A DNA stretch of 26,014 nucleotides from a virus (lineage: Duplodnaviria > Caudoviricetes), in IMG/VR virus record IMGVR_UViG_3300034356_000342, positions 1-26,014 of that record. One strand, 5' to 3'. The notes under the pieces were generated by a model that searched no databases, was not told the DNA's origin, and saw only the letters and a list, made by a program, of their open reading frames with translations. A program made the translations under genes and the position numbers. Shown here piece by piece: positions 8,676 to 17,500 of the stretch. Position 1 is the stretch's first letter. The number at the start of each line of letters is the position of its first letter.

Positions 8676-10175
8676 ATGAGAACAGTATTAATAGGTTCGG
8701 ACTTTATGTACGATAAGGATGGTAACTTAAAACCCATCGAGATAAATACCGCAGTTGGTTGGGACGGACCTGAAAAAGTGGAAGATGATGAGGATTGTTT
8801 AGACCTAACAAATTTATATCAATTTGTTGAAGATAACAATTTTGATACGATACATTATGTTGGCGATATTGGACCATTACACGTAAAATTATCCGCACAT
8901 TATAGTGGTAGTTCTGTTACATACGAATTTCATGGTGTTGGAAGTACATCCATCACAATTCCATATATAGAAGACAGCGAAACAACTTTAATTATTAGAA
9001 GTGCATACGACACCACGGCCTTAGTGGACGACACGTATTGTAGGGACAAAATTGAATTTATGAATTTAATTAAAAATTCTTCTTTCGGATCCCAATTCGC
9101 TTATATTGATGACAATGACACATTGGTGTCAAACATTACAACTATACACGATAACGGAGAACACCCTAATTTTATTTTAAAGTCTAGATTCCCCGGTTAT
9201 GACAAAACAGTTTACCCAAAATTATTTAAAGTAACAACTGAATCCGAATTAGATACTATAATCGAGAACAATGTCACTTCCGAATATTTCTTAATGGAAT
9301 ATCTATATAACCCAAATAAACTATGGGAAGGACATTTGACGGTAATAAGAAGTTTAAACATTTTATTCCCACCAAATTTAGAATCAATTCAAATCGGTCA
9401 ATATACAAAATTGAATCAAAATATGTTACTAAGTGGTGTAACATATGATGCAACCACATTTGAGGTGGATGTGGATTTTAAAGAGAGTTATAGTACAAAT
9501 CCACCTAGCGGTTTCCAACCTAAATTGTTGGATACGGACATGGTGGAAATGGCGGACGGAACATTAAAAACCGCATTGGATTTACAAGTTGGCGATGTTA
9601 TTAAAACAATTCAAATCCCAAATGAAAGAGGAACAAGTATAGATAGTTATATTTCCTCCGAGTTTGGACTTACATACGAAGCGTTAGCATCAAATGCGAT
9701 ATATACGAGCAATATTGTAACCAAGAAACAAAAAGTCAATACTTTAACATTTGTAAATGAATTAACATTTGAAGATGGTAGTACTTGGGAAGATACGATG
9801 GGTTCAAAGTATTTGATAGATAGGGAAGGTGTAATTATTTTTAGATCATTATTTAACATAATTCCTGGAGATGTTGTTTTATTATTAGACACAACTGATA
9901 ATAATATAAATTTCGTAAGAAAAACGGTTACATCAAACATTCAAGTAAAGAGAGTATTTTCCGGTTGGTACATATCAGTTGAAACTGCAATGTTATTCTT
10001 AACTAAAACATCTGGATCAACTAATAACGAATCCTTTGTTTCAATTGAACATAACCTTTTTAGTTGTCCGAGTTGGGCCTGTATAAACGCTTGTTGGGTT
10101 ACATGTGCATCATGCCCCAAAAATATGTCTTGTACTGGTTCGTGGGGAACTTATTATTGTCAACCAGTATGTTAA
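8676..10175 (+). CDS. Fusion protein: circularly permuted ATP-grasp-like domain + Hint domain + Cys-rich C-terminal peptide
   Basis: N-terminal GSDFMYDKDGNLKPIEINT, later FILKSRFPG and YFLMEYL (ATP-grasp motifs in permuted order). KLLDTDMVEMADGTLKTALDLQVGDVI is Hint block A-like. WYISVE...VSIEHN is Hint blocks F/G-like. A 39-aa tail with 8 Cys follows. Confidence 0.75.
   Translation: MRTVLIGSDFMYDKDGNLKPIEINTAVGWDGPEKVEDDEDCLDLTNLYQFVEDNNFDTIHYVGDIGPLHVKLSAHYSGSSVTYEFHGVGSTSITIPYIEDSETTLIIRSAYDTTALVDDTYCRDKIEFMNLIKNSSFGSQFAYIDDNDTLVSNITTIHDNGEHPNFILKSRFPGYDKTVYPKLFKVTTESELDTIIENNVTSEYFLMEYLYNPNKLWEGHLTVIRSLNILFPPNLESIQIGQYTKLNQNMLLSGVTYDATTFEVDVDFKESYSTNPPSGFQPKLLDTDMVEMADGTLKTALDLQVGDVIKTIQIPNERGTSIDSYISSEFGLTYEALASNAIYTSNIVTKKQKVNTLTFVNELTFEDGSTWEDTMGSKYLIDREGVIIFRSLFNIIPGDVVLLLDTTDNNINFVRKTVTSNIQVKRVFSGWYISVETAMLFLTKTSGSTNNESFVSIEHNLFSCPSWACINACWVTCASCPKNMSCTGSWGTYYCQPVC
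9522..10055 (+). other. Hint (intein-like) domain with Lys at position 1 and terminal His-Asn
   Basis: Aligns by eye to C-x-x-x-G-T-x-V-x-M-A-D-G-x-x-K-x-I-x-D-L-x-x-G-D-x-V with K283 in place of Cys1; ends CAT AAC (HN) at 10050-10055. Confidence 0.75.
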
Positions 10176-10202
10176 TAATCTTATTAAATAAATTTAAATA
10201 AA

Positions 10203-10292
10203 ATGGCAAAAATTATAACAAACACAGATATTAATACATTAAATACCACAATGACAACGATAGGTAATTTAATTTTAACGGCAAATAGTTAG
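10203..10292 (+). CDS. Unannotated 29-aa Thr/Asn-rich peptide MAKIITNTDINTLNTTMTTIGNLILTANS
   Basis: ATG 10203 to TAG 10292 fills the gap between the Hint fusion and the oxygenase; A-rich leader like neighbouring genes. It is below the ORF-track size cutoff. Confidence 0.55.
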   Translation: MAKIITNTDINTLNTTMTTIGNLILTANS

Positions 10293-10315
10293 TACAAAAT
10301 CAAATAAACTATTTT

Positions 10316-10849
10316 ATGATACATTTCATACCAAATATTCTTACGGAGGATGAGTGTAAATACTTAACGAACCAATTTGACATTGAAAGAAAGTATGAAA
10401 ACTCAACTGATGGTGAATACTCTGGAACAAATGTATCATACGGATTCTCACCTTCATTTGTATTTAATACCTATTTAAATAAATTAAAATCAAAAGTATT
10501 AGAATATAATAGTAATTTTGACGATTTACTTAATGTAAACACGTTTGTTAGGGAGTATGTAAACACCTCGACATTAAAAAAACATTTAGATAGAAAAGAC
10601 ATTAGTGTTACTATGTCTATATGTTTAGAATCCACAATAAATAAGGAATGGCCGTTATGTGCGGAAATTGAAAGTAAGGAGTATTGTTTCAACACAAGTG
10701 TCGGGGATGGTATTTTATTATTTGATGCGGATAAAATAACACATTGGAGAGACTATTTAGAATGTTCAGAAAATGAAAGAGTTGTCCAATTTTTTTTACA
10801 TTGGAAACCTTCCGATTATGTTGCCAAAAAAACAAAATCATTATTATAA
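10316..10849 (+). CDS. 2OG-Fe(II) oxygenase-like protein
   Basis: LKKHLDR (HxD), ISVTMSICL, GDGILL, HWR, VQFFLHW. Confidence 0.82.
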   Translation: MIHFIPNILTEDECKYLTNQFDIERKYENSTDGEYSGTNVSYGFSPSFVFNTYLNKLKSKVLEYNSNFDDLLNVNTFVREYVNTSTLKKHLDRKDISVTMSICLESTINKEWPLCAEIESKEYCFNTSVGDGILLFDADKITHWRDYLECSENERVVQFFLHWKPSDYVAKKTKSLL

Positions 10850-10860
10850 AAAGATAAATT

Positions 10861-11442
10861 ATGCCATTTACATATACAATAGAGCCCGCCTTTTTAACAA
10901 AAGAAGAATGTAATCAAATATTAGATTTTTCATTAAAAGAATTGGAATTAGTGCCTTCAAAAATCGTTAGTGATTATATGGACGGTAACGTTAATACAGA
11001 TGTTAGAGAATCAAATCAAGTATTTTACCCTTATTATAAAAAATTTCCATTTTTATTAGAAAAAATGAGTGAATTATTAAATAAACATATTTTTGTGAAA
11101 GGGTTTGATTTAGATTTTGAAGAAAGTCAATTTCAGTTTACTGAGTACCATCCGGGTGGACATTTTGATTGGCATAGAGATGGTCATGCGAAAAAAATAA
11201 CGGATTATGATAGATATTGCTCACTGGTTATACAACTAAATGATGAATACGATGAAGGTGATTTACAAATAAAAGATAATCAAAATGAAACACTAACAGT
11301 TGAAAAGGGTACAGGAAATTTAATATTATTCTTATCAAATATCGAACACAGAGTGGTACCAGTAAAAAGTGGGATTAGATATACGTTAGTTAATTGGGTA
11401 AGATTAAAACAAAAAAAAGATTATAAAAAAACATTATTATAA
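10861..11442 (+). CDS. 2OG-Fe(II) oxygenase, prolyl-4-hydroxylase/PKHD type
   Basis: FLTKEEC, QFTEY..GGHFDWHRD, SLVIQLND.Y.EGDL, HRVVPVKSGIRYTLVNW. Confidence 0.92.
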   Translation: MPFTYTIEPAFLTKEECNQILDFSLKELELVPSKIVSDYMDGNVNTDVRESNQVFYPYYKKFPFLLEKMSELLNKHIFVKGFDLDFEESQFQFTEYHPGGHFDWHRDGHAKKITDYDRYCSLVIQLNDEYDEGDLQIKDNQNETLTVEKGTGNLILFLSNIEHRVVPVKSGIRYTLVNWVRLKQKKDYKKTLL

Positions 11443-11443
11443 T

Positions 11444-11761
11444 ATGAAATTAAATTTTAAAGAAATAGTAACCGCCTGGTACAATGTCTTAAATCATACA
11501 CTTGAACAACAGGAATTGGCTGAAAAAAGATTTAATATATGTTTAGAATGTCCATCTAAAAAAGAGATATTCGAAGGTAAAGAATGGTCTTTTCAATGTG
11601 GAGAATGTGGATGTCCATTAAAGGCGAAGATTTATACAGAATCAACATACCTTATTAGGGCTGGATCATGCCCACTTGGTAAATGGAAAGAAGTTGAAAT
11701 GGAATACCTTGATAAACACAGCGGTAACATTAAATATAAAATCAAAAAAACATTTCTTTAG
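11444..11761 (+). CDS. Small Cys-rich putative metal-binding protein
   Basis: R..ICLECP...CGECGCPLKAK...SCPLGKW; six Cys in Zn- or Fe-S-like spacing. Confidence 0.7.
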   Translation: MKLNFKEIVTAWYNVLNHTLEQQELAEKRFNICLECPSKKEIFEGKEWSFQCGECGCPLKAKIYTESTYLIRAGSCPLGKWKEVEMEYLDKHSGNIKYKIKKTFL

Positions 11762-11768
11762 TCATCAT

Positions 11769-12434
11769 ATGGCAACTATTTGGACATTCGGAGATTCATT
11801 CACTGCGGGAGACGGGTGTGTAGAGAGCCTCGCAATTAGGGACGGTGAATTTAAATATTACAATGAATATAAAGAGTTGGATAGTGATATTTGGCCAAAT
11901 ATATTAGGTAAAACTATTGGTTGTGATGTAAAAAATTTAGGTAAAAGTGGAGCAAGTAATGATTACATTTTAGATTCTATTATTGATAATTTTAACATGA
12001 TGGAATCCGACGATGTGGTAATAATTGAGAAGACATTTTACCAAAGATTCGATGTTCCTAAATTAAATAGTAATGAATTTCATACACAATATGGTGAAGG
12101 ACTTTATTCACTTTCTATTGATTTAAAAACAAATAAATATAAAAAAGACAAATTGGAAATTGAAACAATATTGAATTATGGTTTATTATTTGCCGATAAT
12201 CAACTGTTCAAGGAAAGACAGAATAAACGATTTGAGTTTCTTGAGACGTTATTAAAAACAAAGGTAAGTAAAATTTTATTTTGGGATGTTGATAGTGATT
12301 TAAGAAAATCAATTGAAACAATAGGACAACACACCGAGGGTAAAATAAAAGATTATCATTTTAGTTTTAATGGCCATAAAACATTTAGTGATTTTTTATA
12401 TAAAAAATTATACACCAAACCCTCACTAATTTAA
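11769..12434 (+). CDS. SGNH/GDSL-like hydrolase or acyltransferase
   Basis: Likely start is ATG 11769 (MATIWTFGDSFTAG); NLGKSGASND and DYHFSFNGH (DxH). Confidence 0.8.
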   Translation: MATIWTFGDSFTAGDGCVESLAIRDGEFKYYNEYKELDSDIWPNILGKTIGCDVKNLGKSGASNDYILDSIIDNFNMMESDDVVIIEKTFYQRFDVPKLNSNEFHTQYGEGLYSLSIDLKTNKYKKDKLEIETILNYGLLFADNQLFKERQNKRFEFLETLLKTKVSKILFWDVDSDLRKSIETIGQHTEGKIKDYHFSFNGHKTFSDFLYKKLYTKPSLI

Positions 12435-12439
12435 ATTAA

Positions 12440-13171
12440 ATGTTAGTAGATAAAAAATTTATTTTCATAAGTTTACCAAGATGTGCGTCGACGTCATTTA
12501 TGATTACATGTCTTAAAAACAAAATACCATTGGAACATTTGAACCCAAACCATGATAATCAGTTAAATAACATAATTGATTGGGAAAAAATGAATAATGA
12601 AGAGTTGGCTGATAGTTTAGTTCATGCGCATGAACCATTATATAAGTTACAGGAGAAATTTGGGGTGAATAATCAAATCATTTCAATAAGACGAAACAAA
12701 TATGATAGGTTTTTATCTTTATGGAAACATATTATAGATGAATTACATCGAGTTGGGAAACTTGATATTGCGGACATATTTTCAAAATTAACAACTAACG
12801 ATATATTTGATAATATTACACCTAATGACATTTATAATTCGGAAAATAGATATAAAGTTATTGATGATTTTTTAACTAAATTAGAAATATTAAAAGAGGA
12901 ATCCTACACTAAAAATATGTTAGACATATTGTTTACACCTGTAGTTGAACTTACAAATAATGACCCAAACATTATTTGGTTTGATATTAATAATTTGGGA
13001 GAATTAGAAAATTGGGTGTCAAAAAAATTAAATAGGGAGTTTAAAATGGAAAAGATAAACTCAAGTAAACATTTTAATTCTGTAATTGAAATCAATGATG
13101 ATTTTAAAGAGAAATATGATAATCTCTATAGAGAATTTGAAGAAAGAAAAACGAACAAAACTATAATATAA
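12440..13171 (+). CDS. Sulfotransferase-like protein (Sulfotransfer_2 type)
   Basis: KFIFISLPRCASTSF (5'-PSB-like), IRRNKYDRFLSLW (3'-PB-like), KINSS. Confidence 0.72.
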   Translation: MLVDKKFIFISLPRCASTSFMITCLKNKIPLEHLNPNHDNQLNNIIDWEKMNNEELADSLVHAHEPLYKLQEKFGVNNQIISIRRNKYDRFLSLWKHIIDELHRVGKLDIADIFSKLTTNDIFDNITPNDIYNSENRYKVIDDFLTKLEILKEESYTKNMLDILFTPVVELTNNDPNIIWFDINNLGELENWVSKKLNREFKMEKINSSKHFNSVIEINDDFKEKYDNLYREFEERKTNKTII

Positions 13172-13735
13172 ATGTTTATTACGATAATTGCAGAACCAAG
13201 GAGTGGATCAACTAATTTGGCTAAATGGTTTACTCGATACAAAAACTTTACGGTTTTACAGGAACCGACAAATAAAGAGAGTGTTAATTATAAAAAGGGG
13301 GAACCAATTACTAATTGGACATATAATACCGAACATTTTTTAATTAAAGAAATCTATTTACCTGATACCGATTTAACAGAACTCATCAACCTATCCGATA
13401 AAGTAATTTTACTTTACAGAGAAAATGATATCGAACAATTAGAATCTTGGTTAGTTGCAACTGAAACTAAAAATTGGGTTTTAGAATGGGTTACTAATCG
13501 AATTAAAATAACCAATCAAGAAGATAAGGAAAAATATTTTTATTCTCTTAAAAATGGTTTTAAAAATGAATACCTTAATAATGATAATTTTTTTAAAATA
13601 TCATACGAAGAACTATATTATAACAATGGGATTGAAAAAGTAATTAATTATTTAAATATTGATTACATTGAAAATAAAGACTTTCCATATGGTAAAAAAT
13701 ATAAAATTATACAAAATACGAATAAATTGATATGA
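13172..13735 (+). CDS. Sulfotransferase-like P-loop protein (Stf0-like)
   Basis: IIAEPRSGSTNL, QEP, ILLYREN..EQLES, ISYEELY. Confidence 0.7.
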   Translation: MFITIIAEPRSGSTNLAKWFTRYKNFTVLQEPTNKESVNYKKGEPITNWTYNTEHFLIKEIYLPDTDLTELINLSDKVILLYRENDIEQLESWLVATETKNWVLEWVTNRIKITNQEDKEKYFYSLKNGFKNEYLNNDNFFKISYEELYYNNGIEKVINYLNIDYIENKDFPYGKKYKIIQNTNKLI

Positions 13736-14535
13736 ACCCGTTAAAATTTTGGACACCAAATGAGTTTGAAATTTCCTCATACAAATTCAATTTATCTGAT
13801 AGGGTAAATAAGATATATAAAACGTCTGGTTCGGATGATACGGAAAAATGTATATATACGTATAATTCATTAGGATTCAGGGGAGATGAACCAACAAAGA
13901 ATGGGTTTAAAATAATGTCAATAGGATGTTCTATTACTGAGGGGGTTGGTGTTAATGATAATGAAACGTGGTCTTCACAATTTACAAAACTAATACCATA
14001 TGGTGTTGATATGAATTTTGGAACGGGTGGTAGAAGTAATGATTTCATTGTCAGATGTTTATTAACTTATTATGATTTAATAAACCCCGACTTGGTTTTA
14101 ATAATGTACACATCACCACAAAGACGTGAAATATATACAAATGACGGAGGTATTGAACCATTTATCCCCACAGCAAAATGGGGATATATGGAAGAAACCA
14201 ACCAAGGTAAAGAGACACATGAATATTTGGTCAATCTACAAAACGATAACGAAGATTATATAAATTGGTATAAAAATCATTCATTGATAAAATATTTTTT
14301 AGAATCAAAAAAATGTAATTGGTTATGGAATGGGTTTTTTGATATCCCATCAGAATATACGGAATTCAATAGATTCGATGGGGAATATGGTCATCTCATA
14401 GATAAAGGGGTTGACGGAGTACATCCAGGTCCTTTACACAATAAATCATACGCTAAGTCATTATATGATTATATTTTACTAAAATTCCCAAATTACATAA
14501 TGTTTGATGGTAGTAAACCGACCAAATTATTATAA
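13732..14535 (+). CDS. SGNH-like protein
   Basis: YNSLGFRG, SIGCSITEGVGV, NFGTGGRSND, DGVHPGP. Confidence 0.78.
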   Translation: MNPLKFWTPNEFEISSYKFNLSDRVNKIYKTSGSDDTEKCIYTYNSLGFRGDEPTKNGFKIMSIGCSITEGVGVNDNETWSSQFTKLIPYGVDMNFGTGGRSNDFIVRCLLTYYDLINPDLVLIMYTSPQRREIYTNDGGIEPFIPTAKWGYMEETNQGKETHEYLVNLQNDNEDYINWYKNHSLIKYFLESKKCNWLWNGFFDIPSEYTEFNRFDGEYGHLIDKGVDGVHPGPLHNKSYAKSLYDYILLKFPNYIMFDGSKPTKLL

Positions 14536-14564
14536 TCAAACGACGAAACAATCCACTTACCAAA

Positions 14565-14572
14565 GTATTTAT
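14565..14572 (+). promoter_or_regulatory. GTATTTAT motif upstream of the fibre gene, candidate late promoter
   Basis: Same 8-mer as at 8649 and 20886. Confidence 0.4.
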
Positions 14573-14594
14573 CTAAGTATAATACCATATTTAG

Positions 14595-17500
14595 ATGAAT
14601 ATATTTGACGCACATATATCGGGATCGTTATCCGTATCAAGTTCGGCCGAAATTTCGGGTGATTTAAACGTATTGGGGACTTTAAGTGGTTCCTTTAAAG
14701 GTGACGGGTCAGAAATCACTAACATTCCCGCTAGCGGTGTCACAGGACTCAATTTAACACAAATTGCCGATGGTTCGGCTACCGCATCTATTTCCTCAGT
14801 AAACGGATTAAGAATAAACACCGATACCGAAATAACGGGAGCATTAAAACTTAATGAAGTTGAATTGGGTAGTAATAACATTGTTGATATGACCCTAACA
14901 GATGGTGGTGGGAAATATTATATTAACGGAGTTAAAGCACCAAGATTATCCTTCATTAAGGGATTCAAATACAGATTCTATTATAATAACAATGAGACTC
15001 ACCCATTACTTTTCTCTTTAACTAGCGACGGGGAACACAATGGAGGTACAAGATACACCACCGGAATAACAACAAATTCCGATCCTTTCTATGTTGAAGT
15101 TGATGTTACCGATGCCACAGCCACAACATTCTATTATTGGTGCGACCATCACATTGGAATGGGTAATGCTATTTCGAAATATTCGGATTTTATGCATGGT
15201 CAATCTAACATCGGTCTCATTAATGTAGATACAACCACATTTGCCACAACCGGATCAAATAACTTTACAAATATACAAAGAACAAGTGGGTCGTTAGTAG
15301 TAACAGGTTCTGTTGATATTAGTGGTTCCCATAACGTTACAGGTTCAGTTAACATAACTGGTTCAATAACATTAAATGGTCAAGCGATTGGTACTGGTAA
15401 GTTAGATGAAACAACTTTTCAGGCGTACACATCATCAAATGATGGTAGATTGTTTGCGATTGAAAATTCTACATCATCGTATAATACGTTTACAAGTTCT
15501 ATAGATACAAGAATTAAGAACGAGATAAATGAAGAAAATGTCATCTCTGGATCAATTCAGGTTTTAATAACAGGAACCACAGGATACTCAACATTTAGTT
15601 CATCCGTTTCTTCAAGTATCGGCGAATTAAGTTCTAGTATTAGTGCAACAACATCTGGTTTAAGTTCAAGCATAGGTTCTTTAAGCTCATCTGTTGAAGG
15701 GGTGACATCGGGTCTTAGTTCATCAATAACTTCTTTAAGTTCTTCAGTAGCAACAACCACATCTGGATTAAGCTCAAGTATTGGAAGTTTATCTTCATCA
15801 CTTAGTTCTACTAACGATACACAAAATGGTAGATTGGGTAGTATTGAATCTGCAACAAGTAGTTTAAATACATTTACCAGTTCAATTGATACAACAATTA
15901 AAAATAAAATTAATACCGACTCTGTTATATCTGGTAGTATTCAAGTGTCGATTACAGGAACTACGGGGTATTCAACATTTAGCTCAAGCATATCTACAAG
16001 TTTATCTGCGAGTGTTGCGTCATTAAGTTCTAGTATTAGTACGTCAATCGATAGTTTAAGTTCATCGATTGCCACAACAACTAGCGGTTTAAGCTCAAGT
16101 ATTGGAAGCGTATCGTCATCACTAAGTACAACTAACGATACCCAAAATGGTAGATTAACAAGTATTGAAACATCAACCGGTTCGTTAAACTCATTCACAT
16201 CTTCTATTGATACAACAATTAAGAATAAACTTAATACTGAATCAGTAATATCTGGTAGTGTACAAGTTTTAATTACGGGAACTACCGGTTATTCAACATT
16301 TAGTTCAAGTGTATCCACAAGCATTAGTGAGTTGAGTTCTAGTGTGGGTACCGCAATTAATGGATTAAGTTCATCAGTTGCAACAACAACAAACGGATTA
16401 AGTTCTAGCATTGCCACAACAACAAGCGGGTTAACACTTTCAATAAGTTCTTTAAGTTCATCGGTTGCAACAACAACATCAGGACTAAGTTCAAGTATTG
16501 GAAGTTTATCTTCATCCATAGCAACAACAAATTTAGGTCAAAATAATAGATTAGATTCTATCGAAGGTAAAACCGGAAGTTATGCGACTACGGGATCGAA
16601 TACATATCAAGGTAATCAAACAATAACGGGGTCGTTATATATTTCAGAAAACTTAATAGTTGCCGGATCATCTTCGATTCAACATATCAGCTCATCTGTT
16701 GTTAATATAGCTGATAATATCATAACAGTTAACGCACAGAACCCAGCATTAAGATTCGGTGGTCTTTCGGTTATCGATAGTGGTTCTTCACCACAGGTGT
16801 CGGGTTCATTATTATTCGACGCAACTGAAAACGAATGGATATTTGTTCATCAAAATCAAACATCCGTTACATCGGCGTTATTAATAATGGGTCCTGAGAC
16901 TTTTGATGATTTAGGTAACGAAATTCATTTAACAAATAATAGATTAGTTAAATCAACGATTGATGAACACGTTGGTGATAGTAATATTACAGACACCGGT
17001 ACAAAGGTTTCTATAAATTCAAATACAGAAGTAACTGGGACATTAAAAGTTACAGGAAATATAACTAGCCCTAATATAACTGCAATAGAAACATCTACCA
17101 GCAGTTTAAATACTTTCACATCATCATTATTAACGGCTGTGGAATTAACCGGATCTAACTTAACTGTTAGAGGTAACTTATTGGTTAAAGGAACAACAAC
17201 AAACGTTAATACATCAACATTAGATGTTGATAACAATTTAATTAATCTTAATGGTGCCGGCGCATCTAATGCGGGTCTAAGAGTAAAAGATATCACCGGA
17301 GTAAGTCAAATTTCTGGCTCACTATTATGGGATGCAACAAATGATTATTGGATTGCCGGTCAATTAGGTTCTGAACAAAGATTAGTAAGAGAAACTGAAT
17401 TTAATACACAAGTTACTAGAATTGGTAATCTTGAAACAAGTAGTGGTTCATTAAATTCATTCACATCCTCTATTAATACAACTATTAAAAGTAAATTAAA

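Noticed and set aside
9522-10055. Canonical splicing intein or homing element
   Set aside because: No Cys/Ser at position 1, the +1 residue is Leu, and no LAGLIDADG or HNH endonuclease motif is visible; a cleavage-only Hint domain fits better.
7423-11768. ORF-track starts at 7423, 7626 and 11676 (and 75)
   Set aside because: They overlap upstream genes or a promoter, or truncate an open frame. Starts at 7498, 7656, 11769 and upstream of the window fit the motifs and gene packing better.
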